From Monocercomonoides exilis PA203 (Eukaryota; Protista; Preaxostyla): a stretch of DNA of 64,000 bases. This document shows positions 11,873 through 26,300 of the stretch, piece by piece. A program made the position numbers and the translations under genes. The DNA is taken from the NCBI GenBank assembly GCA_001643675.2, contig LSRY02000020.1, positions 1,178,001-1,242,000 of the forward strand, in the 5' to 3' direction. How positions within the stretch are numbered: position 1 is the first letter of the stretch; each line of letters opens with the position of its first letter. The notes below the pieces were generated by a model. That model saw only the letters and a program-made list of their open reading frames with translations, ran no database searches and was not told where the DNA came from.

Positions 11873-12875
11873 TTATGTTCGTGGAGCTATTTATTTAAAA
11901 TAACAAAAAGAAAACGAAAAAAAAGATGAATGTGAAAAGGAAGATCAAGCAAAAGTTATACACAAACCTCCAAGTGCTTCTGGAAGACGTTCAATATTGT
12001 ACCTGCGAGCTGTTCTGCCTCCTATATACATAATTGGTACTCCTGGAATTTTCCTTAACCTTCTTTTCAAATCACGATCATTTGTTGCAACAATATAAAC
12101 AGGATCCTTGAAATAAAGAAAAAAAAATAGATAATAAAAAGAAAAATGAATATCGTTTTCTAAAAAAATAACCTTTGCAACAATATTGCAAATGCAATCA
12201 TCAGCATATGTTCCTTTGTGCATGCAATGAATCCTCTCAAATCGTGGATCTTTTGCAATTCTGTTAAGAAGATGATTAAGCAATGAAAAAGAAAAAAGAA
12301 AAATTTCCTTAATAATAAAAATAAGAAATGTATAAACCTTAATGCAATGCGATATTTTGGCCCAAGTTTTTCAAGTTCAGCAAGAACACAATCCGTTATG
12401 CATGGAGTACCTTTATTTTGAGATTGTGATATGGAAATTTAAAAATATCAAAATCAAAAAATTGCAAACATTTTGCCAAAAGACAATCCATCATTGATTG
12501 TACCAAATCTAATTTTCTTTGTATGGAATGATTTATAAAGTTTGTGTCAACGATAATGCGATAAGGGGGTCCAAGAGCTTCATTATGCGAAAAGAACATC
12601 GTTGACGGAACCTTGGGACTATAATATTGGATAAATTAAATAAATGCAGAATGAAAATATTCAATGCTAGAAATTAAGATTTTGTTTTCAAACGCTTCAA
12701 CTGGAGCAAGTCTTTCTGCTTGTCGTTTCTTTTGTCTTTCCAGCTTTTCCTGTGCACTTGACCTGTTAGAAGCGTTAAATACAAGTCACAAAAATTAATG
12801 TACAAACAATCTTGGATCGCTTGGTGAAATTATTTTCTTTACTGCTGCAAATTTCTTGAATTTTGATTTTGGCAT
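11873..12875 (-). CDS. FCF1: rRNA-processing PIN-domain protein FCF1/UTP24, multi-exon
   Basis: [23 protein letters not shown]...[23 protein letters not shown]...[25 protein letters not shown]...[10 protein letters not shown]...[24 protein letters not shown]...[12 protein letters not shown]. Confidence 0.95.
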
Positions 12876-13220
12876 ATTATAATTATTATAATGGGTAATT
12901 CCCAAATTCAAATTTTAACTTAAATTTCTTTATCTTAAAGTTAAATATTTAAGTTATGCAGACATGGAACTGCGTTTATTGCTCCACTTTCAATTTTGTA
13001 TTTTCATTTTGAAAACTTGAATGAGAGTATTCTGTATGTTTACGAAAACATTTCTGGATTTGTTGATCTGTTGAACTTGCTTTCGCAACGCATGCTCAAC
13101 GAAGTTCTTGAGTTCATTTGTAGAATTGGTGCTGCAATCTCCAAACTCATATACAGATTTTCAACTTTTCAGTTTTTGATAACTGAAAGCTGATTTCTTT
13201 CAATATTTGAGAAAGTTCAT

Positions 13221-14225
13221 ATGCTTTGTGGTCTCATGTTTCCTTTCATCTTAACTATTGGAATAATTGCTGTTTTTGTTAGCCTATTTATCCTTTTGCT
13301 CTTGAGATCTGATGTTTGGATTTTTTACCAATTTCGTGTTGATCGTTACAAATAATTCAGAAAGGAAGGAAATAAAGCACATGTGATAATTACTGGAGGC
13401 GAATCTGGGTTAGGAAATGCATCTGCCATTCTCCTTGCAGAAATGGGAGTTGAACCTATTTCTGTTATCTCTCATAACATATCTCATCTTGAAAAAACAA
13501 AAGAAATAGCAATGAAACGCGCAAAGCTTCCACATAAACAGCATATTCACCCACTTGCATTCGATGTAACCGATCTTGAAGTGCTAAAAGAAAGATTGAC
13601 CCAACAAATTAAGGAGACAGGTATTCCTGATCTTGTTATCTGCTCAGCTGGAGCTTCTCTTCCTGGGTACTTCCTCGAAGTCTCTCAAGAAGTCTTCTAC
13701 AAGCAGATGAATCTGAATTACATGGGATGTGTGAACACTGTGAAGGCCATTGCCCCGCTGATGTTGGACCGCCCTGCCCCGTCGCTTTTCCATCGCGGGT
13801 TCCTGAAGAGGTCTCACCCGCACAAGGGAGAAATATATTTGTTCAGCAGTGCACTTGGAGTGATGGGGAGCATCGGATATTCGATGTTATACCCCACAAA
13901 ATATGCAGCGAGAGAGCTAGCTGAATACCTGCTACAGGAGTTTGCACTAATGGGGTTGAATATCTCGTGTTTCCGCTCTTCAAACATGAAGACCGAGCCG
14001 TTTGTGGTTGAGATGCATACAAAACCAATCGAAGCGCGCAAGATCAACGAGCAGGCAGTGTCCATCACATCAGAGAGAGGTGATTAGCTGCTGCGTGGGA
14101 TGAGCAGGGCGAAGCGATGCATATCCACCGAGTGGACGTTTGATGGAATGAGAGGACTTTAAAGCTGGACAACTCCCACACGAATACCTGTGAAGAAGTT
14201 CATCTCCAGTTCAGCGAGTTAATGA
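13221..14225 (+). pseudogene. 3-ketodihydrosphingosine reductase (KDSR/TSC10)-like SDR, probably decayed
   Basis: Hydrophobic N-terminus, HVIITGGESGLG, PDLVICSAGASLPGYF, MNLNYMG, FSSALG. In-frame TAA at 13353, TAG at 14085 and TAA at 14160. The catalytic YxxxK reads LYPTK and the C-terminal TM region is absent. Confidence 0.65.
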
Positions 14226-14367
14226 AGGAAATGAGTTTGCAGAAAGAGTATAGATCTTTTATATCTTTTATTAAAATAAAATAAAATAAAATAAATAAAT
14301 AAATAAATAAATAAATAAAAAACATTTTTTTCAATCTACCCATTATTAATGTAATTAATATTGGAAA

Positions 14368-17300
14368 ATGCGAATAACTGCATATTTTTCTCTAATAACT
14401 TGTTATTTACTTTTTTCACATGATTATTGTAACAACATCGTAACGAAGCGAAATTTTATGCAATACAATTACACCATAAATCCATCATACAATGCACGGA
14501 AGCAAAACTCTGTTATTTACAAGCCTCTTGAGAATTTTACTCATGATGTCGCATATGATTCAATTTTTGTGGGGGAAATTTTTTTGCGCATGCACTACGG
14601 TTGCGCAATTTCTTCGACATTCAATTTATATAATGCCTCATCATCGTGTGTTTTTGTCGAGCTTCGTCAGCTCGAATACAGTTCTCTATTTATCTGCTCA
14701 TCTTCATCATCGTTGTCTATCGCATGTTGCTCGCTTTGTATACCAGGCTCATCGACAATTAGCCCTATAACAGCTGACGATGGAGTAATTATTCTTCAAA
14801 ACACGAGTCTGACAATCAGCACTCCAACTGTAGTTCCTCAAATAGCAAGAGGAAATTCAGTTTATTCTTCTGGATCCTGCTCGTTGGAAATAGCGGGATG
14901 CCATTTTTCAGACATGGTTGTGATGCCATGTTTCATTCAAAGCGAGACTTGTTCCTGCATTTCTGTGACAGATTCGAAATTCCAAAATTTGTCAAATCCC
15001 ATTTGTTATGATGTGCTTCATCGTTCTTTAAAATTATGTGCTTTTTCTCACACAGCGACCATATGCAGATGTTCGTTCTCCAGAGTTTGCGATGTGTATT
15101 ATGGAGGGCTTCTTCAATCAATAAATCAGCCGTTTGCTGCATTGTCTTCATTCAACAGTACTTTCATATCTTGTCATCGCTTGTCCAATGAGCAATATTC
15201 TGGAACTGAAGAAAATCCAATATCTCCAGGGAGGAAAACTATTAGTGATGTGGGAGAGCATATATTTATTTGGTGCGAATGGAAAAATGCAACTCCAAAT
15301 TACCATGGAGGAGCAATATATATGAGCAATGTTGATTCCTCAATTAATGTCAGCCACTGTTTGTTTGAAAATATATATACAACGATGGTTGGAGTTAACA
15401 GTCATGGAGGGTCCATCTATTTAATGCGGCTAAGAGATGTTAATATTGAATCAACAAATTTTAGCAAAAGCAGCGCAGTACATGGAGGGGCAATTTGCAG
15501 TGTTGACCATTTGAAAAATGAACAATACAAAGATATTGTTTTTGGAAATTGCTCCATTTCAGGTTATCTTGGAATGACATGCTACTTACGTCCGAAATTT
15601 CTTCAATCGTCCGGAACATTCATTTTTTCAAACAGTAAATTTGCAAATAATTACGCAGAAAACGCTTCTGGCTGTCTATTTTTTAGTGAATATTTATCGA
15701 ATGCAAATCTTTTAACACTTTTGATCACAGAAAATACGTTTATATTCAATACGTTGAATGGAACATTTACAAATTCAACAGTTTTCGGAGGAGCTGGAAT
15801 GTGCTTTGATGCACTTTCGGAGCAAGCTGTTCAGACCCAATTTATACGATACTGCTTTTTCCATCGAAACATAGCAAAAAATGGGATGGGAAATGATGTG
15901 AGAATAAATAGAGGCGGAGTGACTTCAAATCCATTTTTCGAATCATATTCAACAACAACAGAAAAGCGAGTGTTTTACGGTGGCACAGCTGATAGCGAAG
16001 TATACAATGGATGGCTTCCTGTAAAGGTGATGCTTCTGACTCGATATGTACATGAGAATGGAAACGATTTGGATGAGCTTTGTGGATTGAACGACTCGAT
16101 TCCATGCAAAACGATTGAACACGCATTTGGAAAGGTGAGGGACGATGTCGAGTGTAAAGTTATGCTGCTTGAATCAGTCTTTACTCCTTCTTCTGTGCTA
16201 TCCATCAACAGCAGTAAAGTCAAAGTGATTGGCAATGGAACAAACAAATCAGTCATGAGAACAAGCATGCTGTCAAACTCTGCAGCCCTGTTTTCAATTA
16301 ATTCCGGAGATTTGAGAATATTTTCTTTGGAGATTGATCACAACACTGCAATAGAAACTATTGAAATATTATCTGTTTCTGGTTCATCTGGGACGGCTCA
16401 CCTGAAGCATCTTCTCATCACTTCGACAAGGGCTCAGCCCACTTCTTTTAGCAAGCCATTATTTGACATTGCTTTGGGAAGCATTTCAATTGATTCCTGT
16501 ATTGTGTCTTCTTTGAGAACAAGCACTCAGCTCATAAGGGCTCCAATTTCCTCATTTTCTGAAATTTCTAACACGAACTTCACAGAGGTCATTCGAAGCT
16601 CTGGAAATGGAGGAGTCATCGAATGCAACCCGATAAATGAGGAGTCATTATCATTGAACAATATCTCGTTTGATGGGTGCAAATGTGAAAGTGGAAATGG
16701 AGGATGCCTTTCTATTATGATGCAACCTGGCTCAAAAGTGAGATTTGGAGAAATTGATTCGCTGACTTTTGCTGATTGCTGTGCACAAGGAATAGGAAGC
16801 AACGGATTTGGAGGGGCGATATTTCTGAAATTGGAAAATTCAGCCAATGATTTTGTTTTTGACAAAATGACATTCACCAACTGCCGTGCTTCGCAATTCG
16901 GCAACAACATTTTTATTGAGGCTGCGAACTTCAGCCAAGTGATTAATGCAGAGCGGTTGAAGTTCAGCCCTCAACAGGATGTGCTCACTGATCTGTGTGG
17001 ATATGAAAATAGCGATCGTTCGTTTGCGATTCCTCTTGTGCTTTATCTCCGTAGCAAACCGAGCGAGTTTTATGTTGGAAATACAAACAAAAGAAATTGG
17101 CACATGTGTGGATTTGCTGACGAGCAGTGCTCAACCCTGGATTATGCGTTCTTGCAGCACAAAACATCAAGCGGTGTGTCAATTGCTGTTGATGGAAGTT
17201 CCACTCTTTCACGAGAGATATCTCTGTCTGAAGGCACTACAAGTGTTCGAGGGATTAGAGCTCAGACACAGCTCATCATTAACGATAATTCAACCAACAA

Positions 17301-20300
17301 TCAAGATGGAATGATTGTTAGCAGAGCAACAACTTCTTTTTCGTATATAAAGTTTTATCTGCCGAGTTCGCTATCTGGAAGGGAAGCTCTATTTCTGGTA
17401 CAGTCAGGATCTTTCTTGTCTGAGCAGTGTGCACTGATGCTTATGTCAGGCACAACATTGTCTTACAGTTTTCTTGTTTGTGTGGGTGGAACAAGCGCAG
17501 TGAAATCACTTGTGGCGAAAGGATTCAAATTAACAGAAGCACCTCTGATGATTTCACATACGAACGGGCAGCTAAACTTTGATCTTTGCAACATTTCGAA
17601 TACAACTGACACATCAAATGAAGGAATAATTGAATGCACAAACGGAGGTTCGCTGACTCTTCAGAATTCGACTATGGAAGGAATTGTGTGCAGCAGCAAG
17701 GCAGCCATAACGATTGAAAATGGAAAAACAGTGAAAGTGGAAAAAATCAACATGAAATCCATTGAACTCGCAAATGGAAATGGAAGCGCAGTGAATATTG
17801 TGATGAATACGGGAAATGTTGTTGAGATTAGAGAGTCAACATTTTACAACTGTTTGGCTTGCTCTGGTTGTGGAGGAGGGATATATGCTTCGTTTGCTGG
17901 AAGCGGAAAGCTGAGCATCGGAAAAGATGGAACGCTCACATCGTTTTCAAAGTGTGGAGCAAGTGATACGAGAACTCAATGTGGATACGGGGGAGGGCTG
18001 TTTGTGAAGGCTGCTGGTCAGTTCAATGATTATTCTATTTCTTCACTCAGCTTTACGAGCGGCGTTGAAAAAAACCATGCAGCGAAAGGAGGAAGCAACA
18101 TGTTTTTTGATGAGGGGAATTTGGCAGATTTGATGAATTCAGGAAAAGTGGATGTTACGATCTCGACAAATGCAGCAGAATACGATGATGCAATGGGCTT
18201 CGAAAATGGCAATGAAGATTATGGAATTCCTCTGGCTCTCTATTTCATTGCTCCATTTCCTCTGCCAGCAGTCGTTGGAGGAAACAACAAGAGAGATTTC
18301 AGTGGATGTGGCCATTCTGGTTTTCCATGCTCAACAATCTCATTCACAGTCGATCTTCGTTTTTCTTCATTGGACAAAGACATTTTGCTTGATCCTTCAT
18401 TTGTTTGGAGCGAAGAGACAGAAATGAATGTTTGCGAATGGAAAGTGAAATGCGCCCAAAAGAACACAAGAATTGCTGTTTCTCCACCACCTCCTACAGA
18501 TTCATCTTCTTTTATAACAGTCACTCAGCCAGCGACAATAACGAATATCACTTTTGTTTTGCCATTATCGCTCAACTCCAGAACGTCTTTGATTCAGTGC
18601 AACGGAAATAGCCTAACATTAAACAGTTGCGGATTTTCGATAACTTATTCAGAAGAAAGCAACGAAATCAATTTCATCTTTGCAAAAATAATCGGAGGAA
18701 CATTTATTGCAAATGGTTTTGTTGTTGTTGCAGAAACAAATAAAATTGCATTTTCAGAGAGTCCGTTTTTGTTTGAGGGAGGAAGTTCATTCACGATGCA
18801 GAGCTGTGAATTCAACGGAATAACCGTGAAAAACGGAAATGGTGGACTGTTCAGTGCATATGGGAATAGAGGAAGCTGTGAGATTGTGATTGACGGATGC
18901 CAAATAAGTTCATCATGTGAAGACGGAAACGAGCTGAAGGGCGGATCTTTGTTTATCCAGAAACAGGGGAATATGAACGTTGCTGTGAATAACACAAGAT
19001 TCAGCAGTTGTAATGTGCCAAGCGGTGAAGAATTAAACAGAGGAAGAGGATTAGGAGGAGGGATATATCTGCATATTTCAGATAATAATGGAGTTTATTC
19101 ACTGAAAAATCTGATATTCTTTGAATGCAAAGCGTGGAAAGGAAACAACATATTTGTGGATGCCATCAACTTAACTGAGGCAGTTCGAACAGATAACTTC
19201 CAAATAGCTTGGAGGGAAATGGATAAAATGGATTTGATGGGGTATGAGCGAGTCTCCTGCAATCGAGATTATGCGATTCCTTTAACTGCATTTCTGACTT
19301 CATTTTCTGGAAGCGGATATGTTGGAGGCGAAGCAGATGGAGGATATGATCACTCTGGATGCGGATTTTCATTTGCGCCTTGCCATTCAATCAGCAAAGT
19401 TGTTGAATTGAGATTTGAATCAGCGCAACAGCAAGGTGTTGTTGAAGTACTCCCATCTTTCCAGCTGGATAGCTGCACAAGGCTTGCCTCGTGTTCTGTT
19501 TCTATTTTATCGACAACAAAAAATACTTCTGTTTTTGTTTGCAGCAACGGAAGCGGAGAAGGGGATGGTTTGATTGAGACAGTAGCAGATGTGTCGATTT
19601 CGAATATTACGTTTTCCTTGCCTCCAAGCTTCGTTGAAACGCCTCGTTTGTTTCTGATTCTGTGCCAGCAATCAACTTTGAGCATTGCTAATTGCTCAGC
19701 GACAAGGCAAATAGAAAGCGAGGCAATCGAATTCAGCATTCTTTGTGCAACAGGAGGCGAAGTACATTTGACTGAATTTGAGCTGAAAAGAATTGATTTT
19801 GGAGAAGTTACAGCAGTCGAGCTGAGAGGACAAGGAACATCATTATTTGTTGCAGGATGCACTTTTGAAGCGATTGAGAGTCTGACACATAATGGACTGA
19901 TTCACTTAACCGAAGAATCTTCAGCCGACATCAAGAAGCTAACAGTCAATGGAACAACGCTGGAAAGTGGCAGCGTTATTTCTTTTGGGGAAGGAAGCGG
20001 AATGAAAATGCTTACAAGTGAATTGTCGAACGTGACTCGCAACAACGGGAATGGCTCAGTCTTTTCTGGAGCTGTTGGGCAAGGAAAGTGAGTGGAGATC
20101 AGCAACTGTGTGCTTTCAAAAGATATGTGTCAAGGAGAGGTTCCATTTGGGGGGATGGGAGCATTCAATGTGTCGAATGGAGGAGAACTGATATTCACTC
20201 TGAACAGAGTGGAGAGCTGCACGGCGCTGGGAGCACAGGGCTATGGAGGAGGACTGCATCTGAAATTCGACGCGAATGTGCAGTACTCGATGAAATCGAA

Positions 20301-23300
20301 CACTTTCACAGGAAATCTTGCTTCGAAGGGAAGTGATCTGTTTCTGCTTTGCGGGAATCCAGAAGCACTGATGAAAGAAGATCTGTGGTTTGGGACAATT
20401 GACGAATTGAGCACACCTGAGCCAAATTTCTGGGTTATGGACTCCGTTGAAAGCACAGAAATTGACTATTCAATCAAGAAATATCTGTTTTCTGGAACAG
20501 GAGATATCATCTTTGTTGAGGCAGGAAAAAGCACGTTGCCGAACTGTGGAAGCGATGCAAATCCATGCGATCGATTGGAGGTTGGTGTTAGCAACCTGAA
20601 AGAGAACCAGACGACTGTGCAGATCAACAACCACAACTGGGTTTCTGGAGAGATGAGAAGAGATGGGAAGCGGCTGACCATCCGCGGAGTAGCTGACAAA
20701 TCCGAGCTGAGAGTTGAAAGCAACGGTTTCTTCAATGTGGTTGATGGTTTAACGCCAACAGTGCTTCTTCTCAACAGACTGATTTTCAAACTTCCTGCCT
20801 CTCCGGCAGAAGGTAATGTTGGCGTTATTCGGATGAATGGGGGACGAGTGACAATCCTGAATTGTGAGTTTGGAGGGAGAGAAGGTTCTGTAGAAGCTGG
20901 AAAGCTTTGGATCGTTGTTGGTGAGAGAGGAGAGGCACAGCTTGAGAGCGTATTATTTTCTTATCTTTCTTTTTTGTCGAGCTTCGGAATAGCTCGGTTG
21001 GAGAGAGGAGAGATGTTTGTCAACAATCTGAATGCATCTCATGTTGTATCTGAAGGAGATGGATTGATCCAGGAAATTGAAGGAGAAAGATTTGAAATCG
21101 ATGCAGCGAATATTTCTGATTGCTCTGCTTCATGCGGAGGAATATTTGCGCTGAGGAACGTGGAGCGGGCATCCATTTCTCGAGGATGTGAATTTGTGAG
21201 ATGCATATCGCGCAATGGCGATGGAGGCGTTGTTGAATGTGAGCTTGCCTTTGAGAACAGGTTCGATATGGAAGATGTTGTAATAAGTAAATGCGAAGCC
21301 AATGAGACATGCGGAAGAGGAGGAGGCATTATTCTTTGTTTAAGTGACGATTCCACAAACAACTTCAAATTGGGAGAGATGGAGTTCATGGAAAATAATG
21401 CTTGGTGCGGGAGGGATTTGTTTGTCAGCTGTTCTGATCTGAACCAAACAGTGAGCAAGAGTCGCTTCATCTTTAACTTATATGGCGAAAATGAGGTGTC
21501 TGCAGTGGATATGAAAGGCATTGACAAAAGATTTTTTGGTGAACCTGTTGATCTGCTTCTATTTCTGGTGACATACCATTCGAATGAGGTGTTTGTTGAC
21601 CAAAATGGAATTGAAGTGATTGGATGTGGCAGTTTGAACTTTCCCTGCAACACTTTCTGGAGAGGTGTGAATAATGCCAATTTGAATTCTTCGCATAGAA
21701 TTATATGGATTGGCTCAAACGTTGTCATTCAAGATGAATATGATCTGTCCAATTTCGAGGTCAAATCTTCGGTCTCTGAAGCACATGCAAAGCTTGATTT
21801 TGCTTCTGAAATTATTCGTTCCGACTTTTCTTCAGCGTTGATTGTCAATTCGAAGAATCTTCAATTTTGCCTTGTTGATTTCGTGTTGCCGTTGGGATTC
21901 AGCACCAATCGAAAAGTTCTGATATCTTCTTCTCCTGAAAATGGGATGCTTCATTTGATTGATTGTGCATTTTCAGCGAGGCAACAAGGCACGCTTTCAT
22001 ATTCTCTGATTTCTGTGAATGGAGGAACATTTTCGCTGATTCGTTGTACAATTGAAGATGTGAAGTTTGGTTTCACGCCGATTTCTGCTTCTTCTTCTTC
22101 GGCTGTAATTGAAGCATGCAATATTTCTGGGGCCAAAACAGAGAATGGGGCAGAAGGCGGAGCACTTCGAATCACGTTGAAAGCAGAGCAGCAATTGATG
22201 ATCAACAAAACAATAGGAAAAAATTGTGAATGCTCACAGACAATTGGAAAAGGTGGATTTCTTTATGTTGACTGCTCGGATTCAGAAATCGGAACTCCTT
22301 TTGTTTTTGATGCAATTGTTTTGGAAGCCAATGATGCGAAATTTGGGGAGCATATTTACATTTTGTCGTTTGATTTGAATGTAACTGTGACATCATCTTC
22401 GTTCGTGTTTGATTATTCTTCAATGGAAAATGCAGCAAATCTGTTTGTGGGGAGTGACGATGTCTTCAACAATGCTGACCTCTTCAGATTTCTTGTGAGT
22501 TATTCGAATTCCCAGATACACGTCTCTTCACTTGGCTTTGATGTGAAGAGGTGTGGAAGTGCAGACGATCCGTGCTTTTCTTTCTGGAAAGGGATGCAGC
22601 AGATTGACGGAAGCGAGACAAAAAAAGAGATAATAATTCACGACAAGACAGTTTTGAAGGACAGCTTTGTTCTTTCCGACTTCAAGATATGCTCTGGAAC
22701 AACATCTGAAGTGGAAGCCAGCCATTCGACGTTGGCAGTGAGCCAAGAAGAACCAACTGAAGGAATAGGATTGATCAGAAACAATAAGGCTCTGACATTT
22801 TCGTGGATAATTCTATCAGTGGAGTTTATACATGAAAATGGAGAAGAAATCATTGTGAAAAACGAAGATGGAACTTTAACGTTTGAAGAGTGCTGGTTTT
22901 CTTCAACAAGCACGGGCAATATGGCACAAAACTATGTGTTTGTGGAAATGGGGAAAGGAACGCTGATTGTTGATAGCCTGAATGTTGAAAGGATCCACAC
23001 GAAGCGAGGTGTATTCGATGTGTTTGGCAAATGCGAATGTAGAATGAACAAAATGAATGTTCTTTCATCCACAATTGAGAGCGGAAGCATAATTAACGTG
23101 AAGAATGCAGCAGAAGCAACAAGACGCAATATGAAAACAATGATAAATATAAATGAATCGACATTCTTTTCTGTTTCAAGGAAGGATGATGGATCGTGTG
23201 TTAGCAGCAGCAATTGCAGCAGTGAAAGTGTTGAAATGATTGTGAGAAATTCGTCAATCGAGTCGTGCAAAGCTCTTTCGTCTGAGAAAGGCGGTTCTCT

Positions 23301-26300
23301 TTTCTTTGTGCTGAGTTCGGATGGCTCGCTGAAAGTGGAAGATTCACGAATAGCGCAATGCTCTTGTTCTGTTGCAAGCGGAAGAGGAGGTGGAGCATTC
23401 TTGGAGTGTGAGGAAAGAGGAGAATTGAACTTTCTTTTCAAAAATATCGCATTTTCTGGCAATAAGGCTTTTGTTGGCCGAGACATTTTCATTGAATGCA
23501 CAAACATCTCGAACCAAATCAACGAGACACAGTTTGTGATGGATTTGAGAGCGGACTCTTTTATTCGCCTGAATGCGATTTATGGGATTGATCCAACACT
23601 TTCCGAGCCAGTTGATTTGATCGACCTGATTACAGTCTACCAGGCAAGCACGATTGTTGTCTCTAATGTGTTTGGGAATAGCGGAGCGAACGATCGGCAG
23701 TGTGGCACAAACATTCGTCCCTGTCTGTCTGTTGGATATGGTGTTAGTCATCTTGTTGGTGACTTCCTGAGAATTGTGGCTATTGATGAGCAAAGTGAGA
23801 TTGAAAAGGAGATTGAGCTGAGCGATATCACCATTCAGTCGAAAAGCTTCGCAAAAGCAAAGCTGGTTGTGTTATCAGCTATTCCTGTTGTTGGCTCAGC
23901 TCTGATTAAAACGAAAGGAAGAAATCGCCTGGAATCAATCGAATTCCTGTTTGCAGACTTATTTTCATCAGGTCACGAGGCAATTGTGGAAATTGATGAA
24001 GGCAGCATGCTGATCGTCGATGTTGCGTTTAAGCCAGAGAATACGAATTCAAAAGTTGGTTTTAATGAACTTATTCGGATGAAAGGAGGGATGCTGGGCT
24101 TTGATAAAATTTCCATTGAACAGATAGAAACTGTTTCGTTATGCTCTTTCGAAAAAGGAATTGTCCAATTACGTTCTGCTTCAATTATGAATGTTGTGTC
24201 ACTTCAGGATTTGTTTGTTGTGTTGTGCGAAGACATCTCGATGAAGGAAGTGGTGATTAGTGAGGCTATCAGCCAAAAGAGCATCATCAGTTTTGATGGA
24301 GCAGTGAACAAAGCGCAGAGCGTTGCAATGAATTCTGCTTTGTCTGAATGTGCGATTTTGAATGTCTCATGCAAAGGAGATACGCCTATTGTTTGTATCA
24401 GCAACAGGAGAAATGTGAATATATCAAATTGTGAAATAGGCAATTCCTCGTCAAAAGTTGACAAAGGGAAAATCGTTTCCTTGCTTTCTTGCTCTGAAAT
24501 TTTAATGGATTCATGTATTTTCAGTGGGGATTTAGAAAATTCAAAAGAAAATAACAACAATGAGATTAAATCAGATCTTTGTGGATGGAATGGATCTCTT
24601 GTAGATGCAGAATATAGCTCAGTGGTGATGAAAGATACAACAATATCAAATTCACAAGAGGGAGGACTTTCGATGAGTGGAGGAAATGTGATAATTGAAA
24701 TGGGAATGTTCAACAACAACAAGCCATCAATTGAAGGATATCCTTCAGCGAGGAGAAACATCATCTGTTCAGATTCTGGACTGCTGGATGTTGTAAGCTT
24801 GAAAGGTGGAGATGGGATATTACCAAACACATCGCTTTGGATTTTGGACGAGGAATGCAACTTGGGAGGAATTGCAGGAGAAAGAGGATCAGCATTTTTC
24901 ATACCAGTTTTGGGTTCTGTGCAAATGGAAAAAACAGAAAAAACAATGAAGATCATTTTTATGGGGCATTTGCTTCTTCCATGCAATCTTTCGTTTCAAA
25001 TTGTGACTACCATTAACAATGAAAAGTCAATTTCAACGTTCCATTTCAAAGACGAAGATTGCGTTTCGGAGACAAAAATCTTCTCTGTTATTAATTCGGG
25101 CTTTGTTGATTCAGCTCCAGAAGAAGCAGAAGTATCTGTGTGCATTCTATTTGGGAATACCTACAAACAATCATCTACTGAATCATTCATCCTAAAGAAT
25201 AAAAGCGAGCCCAAGGTGAATGGAGACGAAAGAATTGTGAAAAGAGAAAATGAAGGAAAATCCTATTGGTTGCTAATTGTAATTATTATGGCTATTGTTC
25301 TATTAATTGTGCTGATCGTATCAATAATTATTACAGTTCGATGGAGGAAATCTAAGAGACGAACAGAAGAACTGGAAGAGATTGTGAATGATACAGTGAA
25401 GAAGGATCCGAAAGCGTTTGAAATGGTTACGATGGATATGTCACCGGAGGAGCAGTGGCGAAGAGCAGAGAGAGAGGCAGAGAAGAAGAATGAAGAAAGA
25501 ATAAAGAAGAGAATTTATGAGACAAATATGGAGCATTCAGAATCATCAGAACATTTGTTGAGTGAGAGTGGATCTACTGAATATATTCTGGGGAAAGATT
25601 CAGACAAGATTCCTGAATGGGCATTAGAGAAGGTTGAAGAAGAGGAAGAGACCAGAAAGCGAACTCCTTCACCATCAATTTCATCCATCTCATCCACTTC
25701 AACGACAGATACAGATTCCACTTTTATCCGACCAGAGAATATGTGTCCAACCACTTCATCCATGTCGAATCTGGTGGATGCGATGGCATGTTCGGTGCCT
25801 CACGAGAAGCTGATTGTGGACCTGAGGGATTCGCTGTTCATGCTGCTTCATGGAAGGAATGCCAAGAAGGAGATGGCAATTGGCACTTTGGAGGAGAGGG
25901 AAATGACAGCTGCTCAAATCCTGTTCTGGGTGGCTAATCTTGCTCTCCACTCGTTTGATGAAATGGAAAACCCTCTTTCTTCTCTTGCCAATCTGAGTCC
26001 TCTCATTGTACTGTTCTCCGAACACATGGTCATCTGCGTTGCGATGCACTCTGACTGTTCATCAGATTCAGATTCTTCATCTATTTCGTCAGACTCAACG
26101 ATAATCACATCTTCATCTGATTGCTCGACTGTGAATAAGAATAGCAGAGATTCAATGCCATCGTCTGCCTTTGAAGACGAGGAAGACAACAGGAAAGAAT
26201 GTATGCGATGGAAGGCACCTGAATTGATGAATGGAACAAAGAACCATGCAACGAAGAAGACGGCTGTGTTTTCTATAGGAATGATGCTGTGGGAGTGCTT

